Origin: a virus | Taxonomy: Duplodnaviria > Caudoviricetes | Virus record (IMG/VR): IMGVR_UViG_3300036861_000520 | Location: 1 to 62,533 of that record | Reading direction: 5' to 3' (one strand) | DNA: 62,533 nucleotides | In this document: piece after piece, positions 9,691-18,601 of the stretch | Layout of the letters: the number at the start of each line of letters is the position of its first letter | Position numbering within the stretch: position 1 is the first letter of the stretch | The notes under the pieces: model-generated | The model's input: only the letters and a program-made list of their open reading frames with translations | What the model was told of the DNA's origin: nothing | The model's database searches: none | Made by a program: the position numbers and the translations under genes

Positions 9691-9950
9691 TCTGCCACCG
9701 CCTTCACGCGCGGCCTCACACCTGGCTTCCTGCCGCCGCGGTATCGGCGATCGGTGCGGTTGCCGCAGGGTAGACGCAGGAAGTCATCGACCGCCTTGGC
9801 TGGTATCTCCCAGCGTGACCGCTTTCCGAAGCGGACCAACTCGCAGCCGGGGAACCGCTCCGGACTGCGGGCGAGGATTCGCTTCACGCGCCCGATGGTC
9901 ACCTCCAGGCGCGCAGCCGCCTCCGCCACCGTCAACCGCTGCTCACTCAT
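9687..9950 (-). CDS. Small excisionase/HTH_17-like DNA-binding protein (HTH-1)
   Basis: LTVAEAAARLEVTIGRV...RFPGC...WEIPA; basic C-terminal tail; ATG a few nt after a -10 box (likely leaderless). Confidence 0.75.
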   Translation of the reverse strand: MSEQRLTVAEAAARLEVTIGRVKRILARSPERFPGCELVRFGKRSRWEIPAKAVDDFLRLPCGNRTDRRYRGGRKPGVRPRVKAVAE

Positions 9951-9956
9951 ACACAT

Positions 9957-10018
9957 ACTATACCCTATCAGATATATTCTTGTCAATACTTGACATTCTA
10001 TACCCGTTCGGATATACT
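9957..10018. promoter_or_regulatory. Divergent sigma70-type promoters, each overlapped by an 18-bp operator TATACC-N6-GATATA
   Basis: Plus strand: TTGACA 9990-9995, 17 nt, TATACT 10013-10018. Minus strand: TTGACA 9986-9981, 18 nt, TATAGT 9962-9957. Operators at 9959-9976 and 9999-10016. Confidence 0.8.
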
Positions 10019-10063
10019 ATGAGTGTAAGCAGAGACCGCCCCCGACCCGAGGAGACCCACCCG

Positions 10064-10282
10064 ATGTTCCGCCTAGTGATCGTGAACCCCGACGGCGAGT
10101 ATTTCGCCCCCGTGCTCAATACCGAGGAAGGCTGCTATTACCCGTCGTGGACCGACTTCCTGCTCGGAGCGGTCCGCTACGACCTGCCTGCCGAGGATGG
10201 ACGCCGCATCGCGGACGCCCTGCTGACCCACGACCTGCAGTTCGCCGGCCCCGGCGCCCGCCCGCTGCTGATTGCCGCCTAG
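10064..10282 (+). CDS. Early hypothetical protein
   Basis: GAGGAG RBS then ATG 10064 (MFRLVIVNPDG). Confidence 0.7.
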   Translation: MFRLVIVNPDGEYFAPVLNTEEGCYYPSWTDFLLGAVRYDLPAEDGRRIADALLTHDLQFAGPGARPLLIAA

Positions 10283-10291
10283 ACACGCGAA

Positions 10292-10331
10292 GAGGCTCGG
10301 GGAAGCCTGCCAGCGCCCCGAGCCTCACTTT
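10292..10331 (+). terminator. Hairpin, possible terminator or processing site
   Basis: GAGGCTCGGGG/CCCCGAGCCTC 11-bp stem followed by ACTTT. Confidence 0.5.
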
Positions 10332-10354
10332 CCCCCGACGAGGAGAACGATCCA

Positions 10355-10864
10355 ATGGTATCACCGATCACCGGCCGCAGGCTCGATCTGGAACTGACGG
10401 TGCCGACTGCTGCGAGGCGCGCGGCTTACGTCCCCATCTTCCGCTGCTCGCTGGTCCGCGACGGACGCCAGCAGGTGGATGAGAAGGTCATCCGGTCGCC
10501 GGCCGACGTGGCCCCGATCCTCATCGACTACCTCGCCGGGACCGACCGCGAGATGATGGTCGTCGTGCTGGTGGACGCCCGCAACAAGGTCATCGGACTG
10601 AACACGGTCTCGGTGGGAACGCTCACCGAGTCCCTGGTTCACCCCCGCGAGGTATTCAAGCCGGCGATCCTGGCGAACGCCGCGGCCGTCATCCTGGGTC
10701 ACAACCACCCGAGCGGCGACCCGGAGCCGTCGCCCCAGGACATCGCCACCACGCGGCGCCTGATGGAAGCCGGGAAAGCACTGGGCATCGACGTGCTGGA
10801 CCACGTCATCATCGGTGACGGAACCGGCCGCTGGTACAGCCTGAAGCAGTCGGGGATGATGTAG
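10355..10864 (+). CDS. radC: RadC-like JAB/MPN domain protein
   Basis: REMMVV, GTLTESLVHPREVF, HNHPSGDPEPSPQD, LDHVIIG. Confidence 0.92.
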   Translation: MVSPITGRRLDLELTVPTAARRAAYVPIFRCSLVRDGRQQVDEKVIRSPADVAPILIDYLAGTDREMMVVVLVDARNKVIGLNTVSVGTLTESLVHPREVFKPAILANAAAVILGHNHPSGDPEPSPQDIATTRRLMEAGKALGIDVLDHVIIGDGTGRWYSLKQSGMM

Positions 10865-11053
10865 ATGAACTGGCCTTACCGCAAGCCCACCACTGGCGGC
10901 CCGTGCTCCGTGCTCACCTGCCCGGAGTGCGGCGCCCAGTCCGAGCCTTACTGGCCCGGCATCGACCCGGGGCCTGCCGTCCAGCACCGGCCGGAGTGCC
11001 CGAAAATAGCCGTCGATCCAGCCGAAAATACCTACCCCAACTCGTTGACATAG
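10865..11053 (+). CDS. CxxC...HxxxC zinc-binding microprotein
   Basis: LTCPECGAQSEPYWPG...HRPEC; paralog at 23313..23525. Confidence 0.65.
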   Translation: MNWPYRKPTTGGPCSVLTCPECGAQSEPYWPGIDPGPAVQHRPECPKIAVDPAENTYPNSLT

Positions 11054-11073
11054 TATACCTGTTGGGATATACT
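11045..11073 (+). promoter_or_regulatory. sigma70-type promoter with third TATACC-N6-GATATA operator
   Basis: TTGACA 11045-11050, 17 nt, TATACT 11068-11073; operator 11054-11071. Confidence 0.8.
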
Positions 11074-11137
11074 TTTATTGTAGGTAGAGACCACACCCGA
11101 GGAGCCCGCCGGTAAGCACCGGCAGAAGGAGACCACG

Positions 11138-11446
11138 ATGAGCACCGCGATTATCACGACCGAAGACGACTGGGCCTGGGCCGAAGAGCAGGTCGAAGCG
11201 ATCTCCCCGGACCAGGAGAGCATCCGCGCCTTCGACGCCAGCCCGGACGGGACGCGCTACCAGAGCATCACCGGGATGAGTATGTGGGTAAACCTGGCGG
11301 CCGGAACGCTTCCGGCGACCCCTGAATTAGAAGACGACGAGTGGATCCACATTGTAGGCACCGAGGCCATCCGCGAGGAGTTGGTCTCGTTCCCGATCAG
11401 TGCCGAGGCCATCTGCGAGGACCTGATCGACATCCCCGGTATGTAG
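11138..11446 (+). CDS. Very acidic early hypothetical protein
   Basis: AAGGAG RBS; 22 D/E versus 3 R and no K in 102 aa. Confidence 0.75.
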   Translation: MSTAIITTEDDWAWAEEQVEAISPDQESIRAFDASPDGTRYQSITGMSMWVNLAAGTLPATPELEDDEWIHIVGTEAIREELVSFPISAEAICEDLIDIPGM

Positions 11447-11484
11447 GGGGCTGCGCAATCTGGCGAAGTGAACCGGAGACCACG

Positions 11485-11826
11485 ATGCCCACCGAGACCT
11501 ACAACACCATCCACGAGGACAATCGCGGTGACTTCTACGCCGCCACGCATCCTTCAGAGGCGCTCCCGGCGTGCTGGCAGGGACCGTGCCGAGCGTGGCC
11601 GCTGGAAGCCGCGCGGGACCTCGGGGGACACGCAGACGAAGCGCTCCAGAACTTCCTCGCCGACCGCGAGGACCCGGAAGCCTGGGAGATCGTCGGACCG
11701 ATGAAGCCCGGTGATCTGGTGAATGGTTTCGAGGACCAGACCACAGAGAGTTTCGAGGCACTGGCCGTGGAATTCCCCGGCGTCGAATTCGAGTTCGGCG
11801 AGATGGGACTGCGAGCCCGGCTGTAG
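11485..11826 (+). CDS. Acidic early hypothetical protein
   Basis: GGAGACCACGATG start context; D/E-rich. Confidence 0.75.
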   Translation: MPTETYNTIHEDNRGDFYAATHPSEALPACWQGPCRAWPLEAARDLGGHADEALQNFLADREDPEAWEIVGPMKPGDLVNGFEDQTTESFEALAVEFPGVEFEFGEMGLRARL

Positions 11827-11924
11827 CCCACACCCATCCTCTCGCACGGCCGGCAGGGCGTACCGCGCAAAGCGGGCGAGAGGCATTCCCCGGCAATCCG
11901 GCCGGGGCGACAACTGGAGAGAGC

Positions 11925-12113
11925 GTGAGCGACCCAATGACTGCAAACCTCTGCGAGGGATGTGGCCGCATTTTCTCCAGGACCGGCGGGCGTCTCACCT
12001 GCTCGTCCTGCGGAGCCGACGTGCATGAAGGACATTTGATGGCCTGCGAGCGATGCGGATGCCTCGTAGATCCGAGCGATTATGACGACCACGCTCAGGA
12101 TTGTAGAGGATGA
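11925..12113 (+). CDS. Small multi-CxxC zinc-finger protein
   Basis: CEGC, CSSC, CERC, HxxxC. Confidence 0.6.
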   Translation: MSDPMTANLCEGCGRIFSRTGGRLTCSSCGADVHEGHLMACERCGCLVDPSDYDDHAQDCRG

Positions 12114-12373
12114 CCAGCACCCGCGCCCTGACAGCCTGCCCCCACTGCGGGGCGAAATTCTTCCCCGAGTGGGACAACGAGCCCGGCGACCGCGAGAGCC
12201 GGGAAGCCTACCACTACGAGCGGTGCCCGGTGCTGATCGCGGCGGCGAAGATGGTGGTCGAGATGAAGCGCCTCGATCCTTCGCTCTGGTTGGCTACCAT
12301 CGCCGTCGTCTGCAACGTCTTCGTCAGCGGAACTCTGGATGAGATGGAGAAGCCAGATGCCGCGAGCCGGTGA
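12110..12373 (+). CDS. Hypothetical protein with CPHC...HYERC motif
   Basis: ATGA-coupled ORF. Confidence 0.6.
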   Translation: MTSTRALTACPHCGAKFFPEWDNEPGDRESREAYHYERCPVLIAAAKMVVEMKRLDPSLWLATIAVVCNVFVSGTLDEMEKPDAASR

Positions 12374-12668
12374 ACGCGCCCTGGTCGATCCGGTCCGGGT
12401 CGCGGCGGCCGTCGCGGATTACCGGGCAGGAGCGGGCCTGGACGCGACAGCCACGAAGTACCGAATGGCGAAGCCGACCCTTCGACGCCTTCTCGGGGAA
12501 GCTGGCGTTTACGTTCGGACTACTCGCGACTGCCTGATCAACCGCCACGATTCTCCGCTGCGATTAGTCTCGGCGGCGAGATGGCAGGAGCTTTACTGGG
12601 GTCCGGATCGGCCTAGCCTGCGGGAATTGGCTCGACGCTTCTCGGAAACGATGGCGGAGAGGGGTTAG
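12357..12668 (+). CDS. Putative HTH DNA-binding protein
   Basis: LDATATKYRMAKPTLRRLL and PSLRELARRF HTH-like segments. Confidence 0.55.
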   Translation: MPRAGERALVDPVRVAAAVADYRAGAGLDATATKYRMAKPTLRRLLGEAGVYVRTTRDCLINRHDSPLRLVSAARWQELYWGPDRPSLRELARRFSETMAERG

Positions 12669-12717
12669 GACATTCGGGAAACCTCGGACGAATTCAGCCA
12701 AAGGTGATCCTTGGGAA

Positions 12718-13062
12718 ATGATCGCTGCTGCCGCTGCTAGGATGAAACCCATCCAACCGCCCAAACGGAGGTGGAGAGAGACACGCATCTGCCGCTGGTG
12801 TGGAGTGTCGTTTACCCGGCCGCAATCGAGCTTCAGGTGCCCGCCCGAACGATCTTGCTGCAACAACCCGCACAGAGGCGCCCTCATCACCCACAGACGC
12901 TTTCACAACGACGAGCCGCGCCCGCTGATCGTGCGGAAGCTGCGGGAACTGGTCACCGCTTCCGGCCGGCGACTGGACTACGCGACCTGCGAGCGCTTCG
13001 CGGGCGAGTGCGGGGCCGGGGAGTTGGAGATCGAAGCCCTGTTGCTGGACAGCGCGGAGTGA
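12718..13062 (+). CDS. Hypothetical zinc-finger protein
   Basis: CRWCGVSF...CCNNPH. Confidence 0.5.
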   Translation: MIAAAAARMKPIQPPKRRWRETRICRWCGVSFTRPQSSFRCPPERSCCNNPHRGALITHRRFHNDEPRPLIVRKLRELVTASGRRLDYATCERFAGECGAGELEIEALLLDSAE

Positions 13063-13065
13063 GCC

Positions 13066-13242
13066 CTACTTCCGCCGGCCGTGCTTGACTTCCGGCCGCA
13101 GGTAGCCCACGGCGCGGCGTTCCAGTTCCGTGATGCGCGCCTCGGCTGCCTCGAGCCGCTGGAGCACTTCCTCGAGCCGAACCGGATTACTCGGCGGCGG
13201 GACAACAGGCGTCCCTGACTGGACCCGGTATCTCTCACTCAT
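13066..13242 (-). CDS. Small coiled-coil protein after the endolysin
   Basis: ATGA overlap with endolysin stop; LEEVLQRLEAAEARITELE. Confidence 0.6.
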   Translation of the reverse strand: MSERYRVQSGTPVVPPPSNPVRLEEVLQRLEAAEARITELERRAVGYLRPEVKHGRRK

Positions 13243-14102
13243 CCGATGCTTACCTCTCGCCGGTCCGCGTCCCAGGTCACCGGAACGCCGAGCTTGCGGA
13301 ACTGGGTCGCCGGGACGAACCCGGTATTGCCACGGATGCTGAAGTCCGCGAAGGTCACCAGCTCGCGCGGGTCCATCCTGGTGACCTCCACGGTGTGATG
13401 CGGGATGTCCACCGCGCGGATGTCCCAGCCGAGCGCCTCGGCCACCACGCGCACCGCGACCCATGACCGCCCGTCGTCCTCGATGTGGCCCATCACGTCA
13501 GCCTGTGGGATGCGCTTCCGGCCCACGAACACGCCGACGTCCCGGTGATCGACGGCGGTCACCGCGACGGCCTGCCCGAGCACTTCGAGCGCCTTCCGGT
13601 AGTAGGCGTGGCGGACCGCGTAGCCGTTCAGGCCACCGTTGATCCGCCTGGTGATCGCTACCAGGTCGCCCCGGTCGGCAAGCGCGTTCAATCCGTGCTC
13701 ATTCCAGTAGGCGCCGGCCGTCAGCCAGGCGACCGCCGTTCCCTCGGCAAGCTCCGGGTGGTTCACCAGGTCGAAGCCGAGCAGCTTGCCGTAGTGGGTC
13801 ATATTCGCCCGGCCGGTCAATTGGATCCAGCCGCGGCCGAGGAACCGGTGCCCGTCGCCTGGGTGCGTGTTGCCCAGGTCCTTCCGTCCCTCGTAGCGGA
13901 TCTGCGCGGCAGTCGGCCCCCAGATCTCCCGCACGAAATGGAAGCCGCCGCTCTCGTGCGCTACCTGGGCGATGAAGGCGGCCTGCCGCAGTGGCGTGCT
14001 GATGTCGTACTTGTGGCACACATCATTGAGGCCCGGCACGAGGCTCGCTGCCTTCGACTCGTCCAGTTGCGGGACGATGGATCGCAGTTGATCGGATGTC
14101 AT
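13239..14102 (-). CDS. Endolysin: GH19 (chitinase/lysozyme-like) domain plus C-terminal copper-amine-oxidase-N-terminal-like domain
   Basis: AFIAQVAHESGGF, YEGRKDLGN, GRGWIQLTGR, TRRINGGLNG; C-terminus GRSWVAVRVVAEALG...VTWDADRREV. Confidence 0.88.
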   Translation of the reverse strand: MTSDQLRSIVPQLDESKAASLVPGLNDVCHKYDISTPLRQAAFIAQVAHESGGFHFVREIWGPTAAQIRYEGRKDLGNTHPGDGHRFLGRGWIQLTGRANMTHYGKLLGFDLVNHPELAEGTAVAWLTAGAYWNEHGLNALADRGDLVAITRRINGGLNGYAVRHAYYRKALEVLGQAVAVTAVDHRDVGVFVGRKRIPQADVMGHIEDDGRSWVAVRVVAEALGWDIRAVDIPHHTVEVTRMDPRELVTFADFSIRGNTGFVPATQFRKLGVPVTWDADRREVSIG

Positions 14103-14281
14103 CGGTGTTCCGAGGACGGGAAGACCGGATGCACCGGCAGTCCAGATGGGACGGGGGCGTCTAAATACTGCTCAATCGCCTCGTCGATCACTTCCTGAAG
14201 CCGCGCATCGAGATCCGCTCCCGTCCACTTGTCGGGCTCGCCACTCCACACATCGGCCACGAACGCCTGACGCTTCGTCAT
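14099..14281 (-). CDS. Hypothetical protein
   Basis: ATGA-coupled ORF (MTKRQAFV). Confidence 0.55.
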   Translation of the reverse strand: MTKRQAFVADVWSGEPDKWTGADLDARLQEVIDEAIEQYLDAPVPSGLPVHPVFPSSEHR

Positions 14282-14403
14282 TCGCCCCTCTCGTCCCATT
14301 TCCGGCGCTCTTCCTCGCCGAGGCAGGAGAGCGCGATGAGCAGGCCCACGAAGACCGCGACCACCGCGCCGATCGCTGCCAGGAGCCCGAGCCAGAGGTT
14401 CAT
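14278..14403 (-). CDS. Small single-TM membrane protein
   Basis: MNLWLGLLAAIGAVVAVFVGLLIALSC plus charged tail. Confidence 0.6.
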   Translation of the reverse strand: MNLWLGLLAAIGAVVAVFVGLLIALSCLGEEERRKWDERGE

Positions 14404-14497
14404 CCCCCACATCCGAAATCGCCACGCGGAGTCACGTTCTCCACAGTCGCGACGTGGCGCACACCCTCGTGTTCGATGATGACTTTCTGCCCCTCGG

Positions 14498-14818
14498 TCA
14501 TCGCCGGCCGCCGCGTTCGCCATGCACCCCGAGAGGCTGGATGTGCCCCGGCTCATCGCGGTAGTGCCAGCCGATCACCACGAAGCCCATCCCGCGACAC
14601 TCGGGGCAGGAAGCCTCGCGGCAGCAATCTTCCGTGTCGATTAGCTGATCGTCCGGGTGCTCATATGCCGGTTCCAACGTCGCGCCGTCGTTTGGGCACA
14701 CCTCGCGAACCGTGGCCCTGTCCACAGCCACCGTTCCATCACCAGCGAAGAGCTTGGCCTTATGGAGTCGGAAGACGCACTTCGGACACTGCCAGTCGCC
14801 CGGGATAAGCTCGCTCAT
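14498..14818 (-). CDS. Cys-rich zinc-binding hypothetical protein
   Basis: WQCPKC, CPND, CPECRG. Confidence 0.55.
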   Translation of the reverse strand: MSELIPGDWQCPKCVFRLHKAKLFAGDGTVAVDRATVREVCPNDGATLEPAYEHPDDQLIDTEDCCREASCPECRGMGFVVIGWHYRDEPGHIQPLGVHGERGGRR

Positions 14819-15057
14819 CACCCACCCCCTACCGGCAACGCTAAATCGCGCGGCTCTACCCCGGAAAATCGAAGGCAGGCTTCCACGGAATGCGGGTCCT
14901 CTTCGATGCATTCCGCTAACCCGCGAAGCGTATCTGCCCGAATGCCGCCGAGCGTTTTCATAGCGTCCGAAACATCCACGGCGGCATACGTCCGGTCGAT
15001 TGAGGCTGCCGTGCCGCGGAGAAAGACGGCGATATCCAGCGCGGTATACCCCTTCAT
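14818..15057 (-). CDS. Hypothetical protein
   Basis: Translationally coupled ORF. Confidence 0.55.
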   Translation of the reverse strand: MKGYTALDIAVFLRGTAASIDRTYAAVDVSDAMKTLGGIRADTLRGLAECIEEDPHSVEACLRFSGVEPRDLALPVGGG

Positions 15058-15308
15058 CCCCCACCTCCCACCGGCGGCACCGGAGGCTCCGGCGCGGATG
15101 GCGGATGCGGCCCACCGGTCGCGAGCGCAGAGAGAATGCCGAGGATCAATAAGGCGATGTCTTTACAATGCCCCGCCGCCGTCGGTGGGCCGAAGATCAG
15201 GCCGCCCATCGCCGCCAACAGCGCCGCGCCCGCGATGAAGACGATGAGCCGCGATTGCGACTGCGGCAGCGGGCCGGGCTTCGGCGGGTCGGTGGTCGTG
15301 CCGTTCAC
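15054..15308 (-). CDS. Two-TM membrane protein, holin candidate
   Basis: Two hydrophobic segments; upstream of the endolysin. Confidence 0.55.
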   Translation of the reverse strand: MNGTTTDPPKPGPLPQSQSRLIVFIAGAALLAAMGGLIFGPPTAAGHCKDIALLILGILSALATGGPHPPSAPEPPVPPVGGGG

Positions 15309-15928
15309 GTTATCTCGATCCTTGCGCTAGGCCGGGCCAGGATGACATTGAAACCGCCCCGTTCCCGAAGGAAGTCGTAGTGACTGACCCACTCTTCGGC
15401 GGGTGTGGACCGCGAAGAACAGGAGACCAAAACCTGCGGGCGCTGGATCACGTATGGACCCGTTCCATCGTCATATTCTTCCGGGAACTCCCGGCATCCC
15501 GCGAGCAGCACCCAGTGATCTGGCCCCGCCCGGATGCCGGCTTGCTTCTCGTGGCTCACGAGAGCGAGAGCGTAATAACCCGCCTCCATCGCCATCCGCA
15601 CGTAATCGAACCAGGGAGACGCCATATGCCACCCGGCCGTCAACCCATTCCAGAGCCACTTTCCCTCGGCGGGCCAAAGAGGCACCCGGTCGATATACCG
15701 GTCCAGCAGTCCCTCTCCCTGCGCCCACCTGAGAACCCGGACCGTGTTATCCCACCAGAGAGAGTACGGCTTCTCCCGCGGTATTGGCATCGCCACCTGG
15801 TAGATCCGTTCCAGCGGGATGTCCAGGAGCCCTGCCAGCACGCACGCGCCGCAGTCGCCGCCGTCGACCCAGGCCGGATCTGGCTGTGACAGGGATCGGC
15901 GGAGCAACACGAGTTCTCCCGTACTCAT
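15305..15928 (-). CDS. Papain-like/C39-like cysteine peptidase
   Basis: Q...GDCGACVLAGLL and DHWVLLAG motifs. Confidence 0.55.
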   Translation of the reverse strand: MSTGELVLLRRSLSQPDPAWVDGGDCGACVLAGLLDIPLERIYQVAMPIPREKPYSLWWDNTVRVLRWAQGEGLLDRYIDRVPLWPAEGKWLWNGLTAGWHMASPWFDYVRMAMEAGYYALALVSHEKQAGIRAGPDHWVLLAGCREFPEEYDDGTGPYVIQRPQVLVSCSSRSTPAEEWVSHYDFLRERGGFNVILARPSARIEIT

Positions 15929-16278
15929 CCAATCTCCACATCCAGCGCCAGCGGCCCGCACGGCCACGGGAACCGCCGCGCTTCCAGTGCAACCACGGCG
16001 GGCACTTTACTTTTGATAGCGCTCCAGCCAGGGACCTTCACCCAGCCGAGCAGCGGGAGCCGCTTCCGCACGTTCACGACCTCGATCCACAGTCAACCCG
16101 GCTCGACGTGCGCGGCAATCTCGGCCCGCACCGGCCCGGCCGGCGTGAGCAAGTCGAGCTCGATCTTGGCGTCCGCGCCGTGGATCGCTGCGACCGACTT
16201 CGCGGCCGGGAACTGCGCCTGGATCATCTCCAGGACCGCCGCCGCCTCCTCTTTCGTGGCGTCGAGGGTCACCTTCAC
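15925..16278 (-). pseudogene. 117-codon gene interrupted by an in-frame TGA at 16095-16093 (nonsense mutation or recoding)
   Basis: ...AHVEPG*LWIEVVNVRKRLPLLGWVKVPG...DVEIG*; final TGA overlaps the next ATG. Confidence 0.6.
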
Positions 16279-16721
16279 AGCGTCACCTTGAGCAGCCGCT
16301 CCGCCCAGGCCCTCGTCTCCGCGTAGATCGCTTCGGCCACCAGGCGCGCCGCCTCTTCCGGCGTGGTGGTCGCTGTGAGATCGGGCTGGACCCGCGCATA
16401 GACCCCGTGCGCCAGCGCGTCCCGCACCCAGTCGGTGAGGCGACCGGGGAGCTGCTTGAAGAACCGATAGACCAGATCGGCCGACCACGCCTGCCCGTCC
16501 CCGTCCGGGCGGTCCGCGGTCTTGCTGTCGTATCCCCAGCCCTGCTTCTGGGCGGTCAGGCCAACCTTCGGGGCGCGCTTGAGCAGCGCCGTGCGGAACA
16601 GCGGCAGCACGAAGCGCGCGCCTTCGACCTCACCCAGCGCCAGAATCTTCGCCCATGGGATCTTGGCCGTGTCCGCGAGGATCTGGAGCAGAATGCCGAT
16701 CAGGCCACGAATTGGGTTCAT
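16275..16721 (-). CDS. Hypothetical protein
   Basis: GGAG RBS; helical ORF. Confidence 0.65.
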   Translation of the reverse strand: MNPIRGLIGILLQILADTAKIPWAKILALGEVEGARFVLPLFRTALLKRAPKVGLTAQKQGWGYDSKTADRPDGDGQAWSADLVYRFFKQLPGRLTDWVRDALAHGVYARVQPDLTATTTPEEAARLVAEAIYAETRAWAERLLKVTL

Positions 16722-17171
16722 TCACTTCTCCTCCGCGTCGCGCTTCATCACGCGCCGCTCGAATTGGCGGAACCGCTCCACCGTGGCGAGCAGCTCCTCG
16801 GCCTGGGCGGCGAGGTCCCGCGCGTGCTGCCAGAGTTCCGGCTGGTCCGCCGCATTCTGGCGGTCGATCTCGGCCTGGATGGATGCCAGGTCGGTAGCCT
16901 GATCTCGCTTTCGGGTTCGGAGCCACACCGCGAAGGCCCGGATGTTCCCCACAACCAGCGTGCGCGCTTCGTCGCCGACGTAATCCGACCACTTGAGGGA
17001 CCGGATGTAGCCCTCGACCTCTTCGCTGGATGCCACTTCGCGGGCCGTCCCAGGCGTGAAAGCAAAGGACTTGCCAGCGCCGCGTTCCTGGTTGGCTGCT
17101 TCGACGATCTCCATCGCACGCTTCTCGCTTACGTGGGCGAACCCAGTCGATGAAAGCGGCTCGTAATTCAC
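16722..17171 (-). CDS. Hypothetical coiled-coil protein
   Basis: GTGA-coupled start (VNYEPLSS). Confidence 0.6.
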   Translation of the reverse strand: MNYEPLSSTGFAHVSEKRAMEIVEAANQERGAGKSFAFTPGTAREVASSEEVEGYIRSLKWSDYVGDEARTLVVGNIRAFAVWLRTRKRDQATDLASIQAEIDRQNAADQPELWQHARDLAAQAEELLATVERFRQFERRVMKRDAEEK

Positions 17172-17311
17172 TGCCCTCTCCACGCCCGCACGAGCCGCGC
17201 CACGTTCCCCGGCAGCGTGCCCACGAGCCAGCCGAGGCCGACGAGCAGCGCCGCCAGAGCGCACGCCTCGGGCCAGCTCTCCCGCACCTGCTCCCAGTAG
17301 TGCGGGATCAT
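17168..17311 (-). CDS. 47 aa membrane microprotein
   Basis: Manual translation MIPHYWEQVRESWPEACALAALLVGLGWLVG...; coupled at both ends. Confidence 0.55.
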   Translation of the reverse strand: MIPHYWEQVRESWPEACALAALLVGLGWLVGTLPGNVARLVRAWRGQ

Positions 17312-17469
17312 CCCGCGGGCGGATTGCGGAAAGGCCACCCGGCACCCACGATCATCGCCGAGGCGAGGAACGTCAGGCCGAGATAGCCCAGATGCACCGT
17401 TCCACTCGGAACACCAAACGTGGCGAGCAGGAAGAGACCGGCAGCCACCAATAGCAAGATTGTGCCCAT
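17308..17469 (-). CDS. 53 aa two-TM microprotein
   Basis: Manual translation MGTILLLVAAGLFLLATFGVPSGTVHLGYLGLTFLASAMIVGAGW... Confidence 0.6.
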   Translation of the reverse strand: MGTILLLVAAGLFLLATFGVPSGTVHLGYLGLTFLASAMIVGAGWPFRNPPAG

Positions 17470-17850
17470 TCAGTCCCTCTCATCCGCTTCCATCTGGAGC
17501 CGCTTGGACTGCTCTTCCGCAATGACCGCTGCCCGCTCCAGGCCGACCGTCATCCGCGCCGCCGTGCGCTCCAGAGCCGCCCGGTTCAGTGGCTCGGTCG
17601 ATAGCGTGACCTGTTGTGCAGCGTTGTGTGCGCTCAATGCTCGGAGCTCGATGGCGACCTGGGCGAATGCTGTCGCCAGGATCAATCCGCGCACGCCTTC
17701 CCGCCGCCGTTCGTTCTCGCACTCCTTAAGCCTTTCCTCGATATTGTCAACCCGCTTCGCTTCCGCACCCATCCGGTGCCCAGTCCATACCGCCCAGGCC
17801 GCCATACCCGCCGCCACGATTCCAGCGATGTTCGTCGGAACATCAGTCAC
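17470..17850 (-). CDS. TM plus coiled-coil protein (lysis-associated candidate)
   Basis: N-terminal hydrophobic helix then IEERLKECE coiled coil. Confidence 0.6.
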   Translation of the reverse strand: MTDVPTNIAGIVAAGMAAWAVWTGHRMGAEAKRVDNIEERLKECENERRREGVRGLILATAFAQVAIELRALSAHNAAQQVTLSTEPLNRAALERTAARMTVGLERAAVIAEEQSKRLQMEADERD

Positions 17851-18259
17851 GCGTCGGCCACCATCGAGCCGTCCGACCCACCACTACCCAGAGGCTTGCC
17901 ACCGCAAAATGGATGTCCACCCAAGGCGCGTAGCGAAGGGGCGTCACCATCAACTCCAGGACGGCGAGGTAGCACCAATAGAGTGCAGCCGCCACCGCAC
18001 CCAGTACGCGGAGTCGATCCGAACGGAGAAAGAGCCCGAGGCAGATCAGAGTAGAACACACCGCAGGCCAGAGGGTGGCGACAATCTCCAGCCCCGCCGG
18101 TGACACAGACCAGCGCGAAAAGCGCCAGGTCGCCAGGCTGCCGAGGATCAGGAAGAAGAAAAACTCCAGCGCCTGCGTGTCCCAGAGCAGCGCGGACAGC
18201 CACGCCCGCCGGAGACGCGTTGCAGCCTCTCGGATATCTCGCCACCCTCCGAATCGCAC
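17843..18259 (-). CDS. Multi-TM membrane protein
   Basis: About four hydrophobic segments. Confidence 0.6.
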   Translation of the reverse strand: MRFGGWRDIREAATRLRRAWLSALLWDTQALEFFFFLILGSLATWRFSRWSVSPAGLEIVATLWPAVCSTLICLGLFLRSDRLRVLGAVAAALYWCYLAVLELMVTPLRYAPWVDIHFAVASLWVVVGRTARWWPTRD

Positions 18260-18601
18260 TCACTTCTTCGCCTTCCGGTGCTGCCAGCAGTATAGCGCAC
18301 CGCCGGCCACGAGACGACGGCAGCGAGCGCCGTCCTGCGTCAGTCCGCGGCAGTGGACCGCCGGCATCGGCTCCACGGTGGTCCGTGTCGTGGTGGAGAC
18401 CAGCAGCGCCGGGCCGGACCAGCTTGCCGCGGCCGTCGATGAAACCGGCGCATCAGCCCGGGCGGGAAGCACAGTGCGGATAGCCCACCAGGCGGCGACT
18501 GCGAGCAGGGCAAGACCGAGCAGGATGGCAGCCACGCCCGACGTCAGCCGTCGGAGTGGGTGTCGGACTGATGGGAGTGTGGCCGGTGACGGGTGTTGCA
18601 T
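18260..18601 (-). CDS. Membrane-anchored protein with C-terminal CCCH zinc finger
   Basis: TM segment, S/T linker, CRGLTQDGARCRR...YCWQH; start uncertain. Confidence 0.55.
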   Translation of the reverse strand: MQHPSPATLPSVRHPLRRLTSGVAAILLGLALLAVAAWWAIRTVLPARADAPVSSTAAASWSGPALLVSTTTRTTVEPMPAVHCRGLTQDGARCRRLVAGGALYCWQHRKAKK

